The notes below the pieces were generated by a model. That model saw only the letters and a program-made list of their open reading frames with translations, was not told the origin of the DNA and did not search any database. Source: Alphaproteobacteria bacterium (GTDB lineage: Bacteria; Pseudomonadota; Alphaproteobacteria; Rs-D84). From it: 45,623 bases of DNA. Positions 37,555-45,623 of this stretch are shown in pieces (within the stretch, counting starts at the first letter, position 1; the number at the start of each line of letters is the position of its first letter). Made by a program: the position numbers and the translations under genes. The stretch spans positions 1 to 45,623 of the forward strand of contig JAKSTE010000001.1 in NCBI GenBank assembly GCA_024402735.1, read 5' to 3'.

Positions 37555-37986
37555 CTATTCGATAACCATAATTGGTGTGTCGTATTCCACAGCTGTTCCG
37601 TCTGTAACGAATATTTCTTTTACTACACCAGACACATCTGCCTTTATAGGGTTAAAAGTTTTCATGGCCTCAACTAAAGCAACTGTATCACCAGCGTTAA
37701 CGGTTGAACCTACTTTTACAAAAGGTTTTGCTCCTGGTTCAGAAGATAGATATGCAACACCAACCATTGGAGATTTTAATATGTGACCAGAAACTGCTTG
37801 TGATGATGTAGCCTTAGGTGTATTTGAAATAACTCCAACAGATGTTGCAACAGCTTGTTGTTTTGATAAATGAATGTGCTTACGATAGACTCCAAACAAA
37901 AATTGTCTTTCCAAATCTAACTCAGTTATGCCCATGTCATCCATTATTTTAGACATGTTTTCAACTGTTGCACGAAACGAAGACAT
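37555..37986 (-). CDS. accB: Biotin carboxyl carrier protein
   Basis: C-terminal biotinyl domain with VEAMKT. Confidence 0.9.
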   Translation of the reverse strand: MSSFRATVENMSKIMDDMGITELDLERQFLFGVYRKHIHLSKQQAVATSVGVISNTPKATSSQAVSGHILKSPMVGVAYLSSEPGAKPFVKVGSTVNAGDTVALVEAMKTFNPIKADVSGVVKEIFVTDGTAVEYDTPIMVIE

Positions 37987-38056
37987 AATTATAAATCCTT
38001 TTTATGTTTTTATTTTTCACATATTAATAACAATTCTACCATATTGAATTATTATG

Positions 38057-38293
38057 TCAAGGAACAGGGTCGTATCCAAAACCTCCCCCTGGTCTGCATC
38101 TTGATATACGTTTTATTCCCATGGTTATTCCTTTAAATAATCCATATTTTTCTATTGCCTGTTTAGTATATTCACTACAAGTAGGTGTAAACCTACAAGC
38201 TTCATGACCTCCTATAAAAGGAGATATGCATGTTTGATAGCATTTTATGGCCGCACAGCCCATTGTTGAGAAAAAATTATAATTTCTGGACAT
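38057..38293 (-). CDS. yidD: Membrane protein insertion efficiency factor YidD
   Basis: YQ..ISP......CRF.PTCSEY...AI.K.G...G......RI.RC.P. Confidence 0.85.
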   Translation of the reverse strand: MSRNYNFFSTMGCAAIKCYQTCISPFIGGHEACRFTPTCSEYTKQAIEKYGLFKGITMGIKRISRCRPGGGFGYDPVP

Positions 38294-38294
38294 T

Positions 38295-38642
38295 TTATTT
38301 TATTAAAGTTTGAATTTTTTCTAGAGCGTTTTTAACAGTTGTTCGTCCTGTTTCTCGATCTGTATTTAAGATATTGATTTTGGCTATAAAAATATAATCG
38401 TATCCTTCTTGCATCAAATTTTCATTGTAAGCAATCCAATCGCGCAAAAGTCTTTTTGCCCTGCTTCGTTCTATAGCTAGTTTAAAAATTTTTTTGGATA
38501 TGACAATACCATATCGAGAATCTCTTTGATAGCAGATAGGTTTGGCTTTTGTTGTAAAAAAGTCTGTAGATGCAGATGCGCAATCAAATGGCATCATAAA
38601 ACCTGAATGTTTTCTTATGGTTTTTCGTTTCATAGAAGGCAT
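38295..38642 (-). CDS. rnpA: RNase P protein component
   Basis: 115 aa, basic, RNR-like segment AIERSRAKRLLRD. Directly upstream of yidD. Confidence 0.8.
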   Translation of the reverse strand: MPSMKRKTIRKHSGFMMPFDCASASTDFFTTKAKPICYQRDSRYGIVISKKIFKLAIERSRAKRLLRDWIAYNENLMQEGYDYIFIAKINILNTDRETGRTTVKNALEKIQTLIK

Positions 38643-38701
38643 TTTTATCTAAAATATAGGCTTTTGCAAATAAAAAGTAATTTTTATTTATACATGCTTG
38701 A

Positions 38702-39803
<1,102 letters not shown>

Positions 39804-39805
<2 letters not shown>

Positions 39806-39832
39806 AAAAACACCCAAACGGGTGTTTTTTTT
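39804..39832. terminator. Bidirectional terminator between mreB and sspB
   Basis: AAAAAAA-CACCC-AAAC-GGGTG-TTTTTTTT. Confidence 0.6.
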
Positions 39833-40301
39833 ATAACTTTCTTTTTTTTCTAAATTCATCCAAAGAAACAACTCTTTTGTCATCATGAATATTATTTTGA
39901 TCCTCTTCTAAAGGTAGTTCAATATTATTGTTGGCTGTTTCTTCACCTTCTTTTGGTTGATAAAAAGATAGCATAAAATCTGTTGTTGGATCTTTAAATT
40001 CTACAAGTGCAGAAAATGGAACTCTGATAAAAAATGGTCTACCATCAAAAGTCAATTGAACCCCAAATTCTTTATCAGATACGTTTAAATTGTTGTAAGA
40101 ATACTGTAAGCCTATGGTCATAATATCAGGATAGCGTATTTTTAAGAAATCTGGAATAACAACACCTTGGTCATGTGTTTTAAATGTTATAAGAAAACTT
40201 GTTTCGTCACCCAATCCATTATATTGAGCATATATTAAGGCTTCTTTAACTACAGATTTTAAAGCGTTATCTAATAATTGTTGATAATTTATTTTTGCCA
40301 T
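39831..40301 (-). CDS. sspB: ClpXP adaptor SspB (alphaproteobacterial type)
   Basis: SspB-like fold pattern (ITF....GV.IP..L...YP..MTI.LQ) and acidic linker. C-terminal VVSLDEFRKKRKL ClpX-binding tail. Confidence 0.7.
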   Translation of the reverse strand: MAKINYQQLLDNALKSVVKEALIYAQYNGLGDETSFLITFKTHDQGVVIPDFLKIRYPDIMTIGLQYSYNNLNVSDKEFGVQLTFDGRPFFIRVPFSALVEFKDPTTDFMLSFYQPKEGEETANNNIELPLEEDQNNIHDDKRVVSLDEFRKKRKL

Positions 40302-40305
40302 ACTT

Positions 40306-41382
40306 TTACTCCGATGTAACTATATTACTAATAGTTCCATTTTGGCAAGTAACAAATATTGTGTTCGGAATATTTTTAAATAAATCTGGTTCTAATCCTG
40401 TTGCCCATACTTGTGTTTCTGAATTGTTTAATTCTTCAAACAAACGTTTTTTTGATTGTTCATCCAGGTGAGCCGTTGCTTCATCTAGTAAGATAATAGT
40501 TTTTTTGTTTGTTTTTAAATTAATTAGTTTTGTGTGTGCCAAAATTAAATCTATGAGAAGTGACTTTTGTTGTCCTGTGCTTGTAATATGAACTGGTAGT
40601 TTTAAGGTGTTATTAAATACACCAAAATCAGATTTGTGAACCCCGTCTATTACCATTTTATCACCAGTTAAAAATCTATTGTTTTTCAGATATTCAAAAT
40701 ATTTGTTTTCGGCATCGATATTAGTATTTTCTATAAGAAGTTTTTCAATCATGCCGTCGACAGATATGGCGCCTGTTTTAAAAATGTAATTTATTTCCCC
40801 TGCGTATTTTATTCTGGCGGCTCCTATGGATATTGCCGTTGAAGCAATTTGTTTGTCTATAGCGTCTAACCATTTTGGATCAAAAGATGATTTTAAGGCG
40901 GCTGCTCTTTCTGATAATAGTTTTGTGATTCTAGTGATTCGCCCTATATGAGATGGGTCGAAACATGAAGTTAAGCGATCGAAAAAATTTCTTCTATTAG
41001 ATGCCGAATCTACAAATAATCTATCTTCTTTTGGGGTTATCCAAATAATTTTTAATATTTTGGCTATTTCGGCAAATGTCGAATTTTCGTTATTTATTTT
41101 TATATGTTTATTTGTGTCTTTTTGGTCGTAATAAACACAAATATCATTATCTTCTTTTGTTTTTACAAAAACAGAAAAACTTCCATCTCCATTAAATTTG
41201 GCAATTTCTGATGAATCAGCATTACGTAAGCCGTGTTCCCCGGATAATATGGAAATTGCTTCTAATATAGCTGTTTTCCCGGAACCATTTTGTCCTGTTA
41301 TAATTATATTTTTGTAATCACCAACAGACACCCTTGAACAAGAGTGGTTTCTAAAATTTGTAATAGTTAGCTGGTTTATCAT
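40306..41382 (-). CDS. recF: DNA replication and repair protein RecF
   Basis: LTITNFRNH, Walker A GQNGSGKTAILEAI, signature SSGQQK, Walker B ILLDEATAHLD. The start is taken at MINQL (41382) because the longer ORF overlaps tRNA-Cys. Confidence 0.85.
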   Translation of the reverse strand: MINQLTITNFRNHSCSRVSVGDYKNIIITGQNGSGKTAILEAISILSGEHGLRNADSSEIAKFNGDGSFSVFVKTKEDNDICVYYDQKDTNKHIKINNENSTFAEIAKILKIIWITPKEDRLFVDSASNRRNFFDRLTSCFDPSHIGRITRITKLLSERAAALKSSFDPKWLDAIDKQIASTAISIGAARIKYAGEINYIFKTGAISVDGMIEKLLIENTNIDAENKYFEYLKNNRFLTGDKMVIDGVHKSDFGVFNNTLKLPVHITSTGQQKSLLIDLILAHTKLINLKTNKKTIILLDEATAHLDEQSKKRLFEELNNSETQVWATGLEPDLFKNIPNTIFVTCQNGTISNIVTSE

Positions 41383-41390
41383 TTTGTATT

Positions 41391-41464
41391 TGGAGGCCAG
41401 GGTCGGAATCGAACCGGCATCCAAGGATTTGCAGTCCTCTGCATAACCACTCTGCCACCTGGCC
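41391..41464 (-). tRNA. tRNA-Cys (GCA)
   Basis: 74 nt, acceptor GGCCAGG/CCTGGCC, loop CUGCAAA, discriminator U73 plus CCA. One C-A mismatch in the T stem. Confidence 0.9.
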
Positions 41465-41616
41465 TTTACGTAAGCGTATATTAAGCAAAAAATATTATTA
41501 TTTCAATATAAAAATACTTGTTGTTTTTTTGATAATAAATTATAGATACTTTTGTATAAAAAGCTTTGTTTTTAAATAATATTTATGCTACATTATTCTT
41601 CAAAGAGAGATTTTAT

Positions 41617-42984
41617 ATGAACAAATTAATATATATACTATTTTTGATGCCATTTTGTGCAATGGCAAGTAAACCTGATTGTGCGGTAATGGAGTCTGTT
41701 CCAGAAGAAGAATTGAAGTTGCAAGATGTTGTTGGTCTTGGTTTGTGTCGAAATCCACAAACAGCTGCAGCTTATAAATCTTTACAATCTACTAAATTTA
41801 ATAAAAACGCTGGTTATTCTAAATATTTACCTAACGTTAGTTTGTCTGGAAATGCTACAAAAAAATTCGATGCGGCTACAGACAAAAGAGAAGAACATTG
41901 GAACGATTGGAATTATGGAGCTTCTTTATCTGCTTCGTATCTGATTTTTGATTTTGGGAAACGTTTATCAGAAATGAATCAGTTGTTGGCAACATATAGA
42001 GCCGCTGGGTTTGATTTTAGTGAAACTATACAAAACTATGTTTATGGTTTGATTGGTTCGTATTATGAATTGTTGAATGCTGACGCCGATGTAAAATCTG
42101 CAAAGTCTGCGTTAACTGTTGCACAAACAGCGAAAGATACAGCTGATAAAAAATTTAAAGCAGGTGCTGTTGCAAAGGCTGATGTTTATAAAGCAGAAAC
42201 AACTTTAGCTAATTCTAAATTGGCTTTAGAGAGAGCTAACAATAATCGTGAAATAGCAAAAGGTGCTTTGTTAACAAAATTATCTTTTCCTGCTAATCAA
42301 CAAATAAAGATTGCGGACATGCCTTCTACTTTTGGTTCGAATGCAGAAATTGAAAATTTAGAAGAGTTGATAGCTTTGGCTCGTGATAAAAGACCGGATT
42401 TATTAAAAGCTACAGCACAAAAAGATGCAGCTTGGCATAAACGTAATTCTGTGTTTTTACAAAATACACCAAGTTTTAAATTAAATGGAAGTGTTGGTTG
42501 GAATGATGAAACATTACCTGGTGTTTTTGAAACTCATCCATATAAAACAAGTGGTTCTATAGGTGTAAGTGTTTCTATGCCTATATTTACCGGGTTTTCA
42601 AATTTATATAGTAGTCGTGCTGCAGAAGCTGATTATGAACGTGCACAATATAATGAACAGGAAATAACAAATGAAGCTATGTTAGATGTGTTTACCGCAT
42701 ATCAGAATTATAAAACAGCACAAAATGTTTTAAAACAAACTGAGGCTTTGTTGAAATCAGCCACAGAATCTGAAAGAGTTTCTGCTGGGATGTATAAGGT
42801 TGGTCGTTCAACAATGTTAGAATGGCAGACTGCACAAGCAGAATTGGTTGATGCACGTAAACAAAACAATGCTGCTAAATATGATTTGTTTATAAAACGT
42901 GCGGCTGTTGCTTTGGCTATAGGAGATATAAAGTCTGATTTGGAGGAGATGAGAAATGAAGGCGGAGAACAAAACAAAAAGTAA
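41617..42984 (+). CDS. TolC-family outer membrane efflux protein
   Basis: Signal peptide MNKLIYILFLMPFCAMA, with two OEP repeats (coiled helices alternating with beta segments). The start is moved from TTG 41566 to ATG 41617, which has an AGAGAG SD. Confidence 0.8.
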   Translation: MNKLIYILFLMPFCAMASKPDCAVMESVPEEELKLQDVVGLGLCRNPQTAAAYKSLQSTKFNKNAGYSKYLPNVSLSGNATKKFDAATDKREEHWNDWNYGASLSASYLIFDFGKRLSEMNQLLATYRAAGFDFSETIQNYVYGLIGSYYELLNADADVKSAKSALTVAQTAKDTADKKFKAGAVAKADVYKAETTLANSKLALERANNNREIAKGALLTKLSFPANQQIKIADMPSTFGSNAEIENLEELIALARDKRPDLLKATAQKDAAWHKRNSVFLQNTPSFKLNGSVGWNDETLPGVFETHPYKTSGSIGVSVSMPIFTGFSNLYSSRAAEADYERAQYNEQEITNEAMLDVFTAYQNYKTAQNVLKQTEALLKSATESERVSAGMYKVGRSTMLEWQTAQAELVDARKQNNAAKYDLFIKRAAVALAIGDIKSDLEEMRNEGGEQNKK

Positions 42985-44164
42985 TATATTTACAAAATTT
43001 ATTGGTTGGATAAAAAGACATAAGTTTTTGTGTGTATTGTTTGTTATCATATTTGTGATATTGAGTATAGTTTTTAGCGCTGGTAAAAAAGAATCATTAA
43101 AGAAAGAGTATATGACGATTAATATTAATCGTGGTGATTTAATGCAAACAGTTACTGCTACAGGTGAAATTAATCCTGTTAATACAGTAAGTGTTGGTTC
43201 TCAGGTTTCTGGTACCATAGATGCAATTTATGTGGATTATAATTCCCGTGTTAAAAAAGGTGATATTTTATTAACAATAGAACCTTCTGTTTTACAATCT
43301 TCTGTTGATGAAGCTATGGCTTCTTTAAAATCTTCAGAATCCAATTTAAATTTTGCAAAAAGCGAATATCAAAGAAATAAATCTTTATATGACGCAGGTT
43401 TTATTTCTCGTGCAGAAATGGAACAGTCTTTAACAACATATGAACAAGCAGAGCAAAATGTAAAAAAAGCACAATACTCATATAATCGTGCAGTTACAAA
43501 TTTGGGTTATGCTACAATTACATCTCCTGTTGATGGAACTGTTATTTCTCGTAAAGTAGATAAAGGACAAACTGTAGCGGCTTCTTTCCAAACGCCAGAT
43601 TTATTTGAAATAGCTGAAGATTTATCAAAAATGCAAATAGAAACATCTGTGTCAGAAGCAGATATAGGTATGATAAAAGAAGGACAAGATGTTACATTTA
43701 CCGTAGATGCATATTCATCAGATGTTTTTGAAGGTGAGGTTCGTCAAATTAGGTTGTCACCAACTACAACATCAAACGTTGTTGTTTATACTGTTGTTAT
43801 TGATGTTGATAATGCTGATTTAAGATTAATGCCAGGAATGACGGCTTTTGTTACAATAGTTGTGGCCGAATCGAAAAATGCCTGGAAGGTTCAGAATTCT
43901 GGTTTGTTAACTAGAACATTTAAAAACATTTCTGATTCTGTTCCTGAAGGTGTTGATCCAAAAACACATTTGGCAGTTCAACGTAATGGTGATGTCGTTT
44001 TTATTCCTTATAAGAAAGGATTGGTTACTGCAACAGAGACAGAACTTATATCTGATCAAATTCAAGATAAAGACAAAATAATAGTTGGCCGTGTTGGACA
44101 AGAATCTTCTATAAAATCCAATACAAAACGTCAGGTAGGACATCCTGGCGGAAGACCAATGTAA
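42956..44164 (+). CDS. HlyD/MacA-family periplasmic adaptor
   Basis: N-terminal TM, lipoyl-like GD.L..IEP, coiled hairpin, ITSPVDGTVISR, RPGM-type beta barrel (LMPGMTAFV). Confidence 0.85.
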   Translation: MKAENKTKSNIFTKFIGWIKRHKFLCVLFVIIFVILSIVFSAGKKESLKKEYMTININRGDLMQTVTATGEINPVNTVSVGSQVSGTIDAIYVDYNSRVKKGDILLTIEPSVLQSSVDEAMASLKSSESNLNFAKSEYQRNKSLYDAGFISRAEMEQSLTTYEQAEQNVKKAQYSYNRAVTNLGYATITSPVDGTVISRKVDKGQTVAASFQTPDLFEIAEDLSKMQIETSVSEADIGMIKEGQDVTFTVDAYSSDVFEGEVRQIRLSPTTTSNVVVYTVVIDVDNADLRLMPGMTAFVTIVVAESKNAWKVQNSGLLTRTFKNISDSVPEGVDPKTHLAVQRNGDVVFIPYKKGLVTATETELISDQIQDKDKIIVGRVGQESSIKSNTKRQVGHPGGRPM

Positions 44165-44181
44165 TATAGAGTCTATATAGT

Positions 44182-44925
44182 ATGAAACAACCACCCGTAA
44201 TATCTCTTAAGAAAATATGTAAAAGCTTTCCTTTGGAAGTTGGTGGAGAACAACAAGTTCTTTTTGATGTTAGTTTTGATATTAATCCAGGAGAATTTGT
44301 AGCTATCATGGGGCCTTCTGGTTCCGGAAAATCTACTTGTATGAATATTGTTGGTGCTTTAGATACGGCTTCTTCTGGAATATATGAATTATATGGTAAA
44401 GATATTACAACAATGTCTGCAGATGAATTGGCAACTATTCGTAACGAATACATAGGGTTTGTTTTTCAGAATTTTAATTTGTTATCTAAAAGAAATATTT
44501 TAGATAATGTAATGCTTCCTTTAATGTATCGTGGCATACCAATGTCTGAGAGAATAAGTAAATCTAGAGAAATGTTAAAATTGGTAGGATTAGAAAATTT
44601 TGAAACTTATTTACCTACTCAGTTATCTGGCGGTATGAAACAGAGGGTAGCTATAGCTAGGGCTTTGGCTGGAGATCCAAAATTGATTTTGGCTGATGAA
44701 CCTACAGGGGCTTTAGATAGTAAAATGGGTAATGAAATTCTGAGATTCTTTAAAAAATTAAATAAGGATTTAGGAATTACTATAATTATGATAACCCATG
44801 AGTTTGAAATAGCTAGTTATGCAGATAGAATTCTTCATGTGTACGACGGACGTATAACTTATGATGGTCCAGTTCCTAAGAATGAACATGTGTTATTAAA
44901 ATCAGAAAAGAGCCGTAAAAAATGA
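44182..44925 (+). CDS. ABC transporter ATP-binding protein (MacB/LolD-type)
   Basis: GPSGSGKST, FVFQNFNLL, LSGGMKQRVAIARAL, ILADEPTGALD, ITH. Confidence 0.9.
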   Translation: MKQPPVISLKKICKSFPLEVGGEQQVLFDVSFDINPGEFVAIMGPSGSGKSTCMNIVGALDTASSGIYELYGKDITTMSADELATIRNEYIGFVFQNFNLLSKRNILDNVMLPLMYRGIPMSERISKSREMLKLVGLENFETYLPTQLSGGMKQRVAIARALAGDPKLILADEPTGALDSKMGNEILRFFKKLNKDLGITIIMITHEFEIASYADRILHVYDGRITYDGPVPKNEHVLLKSEKSRKK

Positions 44926-45623
44926 CATTTAGTGATATTTTAAAAGAATCTTGGTTGTCTATTAGCGGAAATAAACTTCGTTCGTTTTTGACAGTTTTGG
45001 GTATTATTATTGGTGTTATGGCTGTTGTGATAATGGTTGCTGTTGGAGAAACAGTACAACAATCAATTACAGATCAGTTTTCTTCCTTGGGTACAAATAC
45101 AATTATGATTAGAGCTGGGGCCGCACAAAGTGCGGGGGTTCGTTCCGGAAATAGACAAACACTTACGATGGATGATGCTGAATATATTGGTAAACTTCCG
45201 GATGTTGCTGCAGTTACCCCTGTACAGAATGGTAGTGCACAAGTTATTTATGGAAACAAAAACTGGGCTACAGCTATGGTTGGGTGTTATCCAGATTATA
45301 CAATAGTTCAAAATATAGAAATGGAATATGGAACATTTTTTGACAGAATGGCTGTTAAAAATGCATCAACATATGCTGTTATAGGTTCTGATACGGCGGA
45401 AGAATTAGGGTTGCCTAGCAATCCTGTTGGAGAAATTATTCGTATTCAAAATACACCGTTTGTTATCATAGGATTGATGAAATCAAAAGGCGATTCTGCC
45501 ATGGGTAGCCAAGATGATATGGTTATCATTCCAATAACAACACTTAAAAAACGTTTACAGGGTTCAAGATTTCCAAACTCTGTTAATATGATTTCTATAA
45601 AATTATATCAAGATGCAGATAAT
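44922..45623 (+). CDS. ABC transporter permease, MacB/FtsX-type, partial (runs off the right edge)
   Basis: Not in the ORF track because it has no stop. ATGA overlap with the ATPase gene. It translates MTFSDILKESWLSISGNKLRSFLTVLGIIIGVMAVV... followed by a MacB periplasmic-domain-like sequence. Confidence 0.8.
   Translation, partial: MTFSDILKESWLSISGNKLRSFLTVLGIIIGVMAVVIMVAVGETVQQSITDQFSSLGTNTIMIRAGAAQSAGVRSGNRQTLTMDDAEYIGKLPDVAAVTPVQNGSAQVIYGNKNWATAMVGCYPDYTIVQNIEMEYGTFFDRMAVKNASTYAVIGSDTAEELGLPSNPVGEIIRIQNTPFVIIGLMKSKGDSAMGSQDDMVIIPITTLKKRLQGSRFPNSVNMISIKLYQDADN

Noticed and set aside
41383-41424. Longer recF start (MDAGSIPTLASKYK…).
   Set aside because: It overlaps the tRNA-Cys gene (41391-41464). 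The RecF N-terminal consensus begins at MINQLTITNFRNH.
41566-41616. TTG start for the TolC-like gene at 41566.
   Set aside because: The ATG at 41617 has an AGAGAG SD and begins a canonical signal peptide. The upstream 17 codons look non-coding.

Overview
This is a visibly AT-rich, densely packed bacterial chromosome segment, mostly housekeeping genes. Several markers point to a host-associated alphaproteobacterium (Rickettsiales/Holosporales-like), though this is not proven. These are an alpha-type L36, an SspB with a VVSLDEFRKK-type tail, and scattered virB3-virB4.

Recognisable content, left to right:
- A GspE/PilB-type ATPase with two upstream accessory genes, giving a type IVb-pilus-like pilO-pilP-pilQ(-pilR) order.
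- lpxC-lpxK plus a DUF374 acyltransferase, then tRNA-fMet.
- A virB3-virB4 operon carrying a coupled secreted HExxH protein.
- rpmJ, an orphan SufD-like relic, ychF, dnaG and topA.
- rodA-mrdA-mreD-mreC, then rpmI-rplT-pheS-pheT.
- nth, a Cys-rich secreted protein and ileS.
- Two tiny genes, tRNA-Thr, mnmG-fabG-fabD and queH.
- A Cys/His-rich ORF, metG, tRNA-Val, accC-accB, yidD-rnpA, mreB, sspB, recF and tRNA-Cys.
- A TolC/HlyD/ABC (MacAB-like) efflux operon.

No CRISPR array, transposase, integrase or obvious defence island is visible.

The items most worth a second look are:
1. The secretin-less type IVb-pilus-like module at the left edge.
2. A single in-frame TGA splitting the essential pheT gene, although TGA is otherwise a normal stop here.
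3. A candidate attenuator in front of ileS, with a leaderless MNKKIIIIR mini-ORF, GC hairpins and a U-tract.
4. A 12-cysteine, internally duplicated secreted protein sitting where lspA normally lies.
5. A secreted HExxH protein translationally coupled to virB4.

All family assignments come from motif recognition by eye and need HMM or structure searches to confirm.
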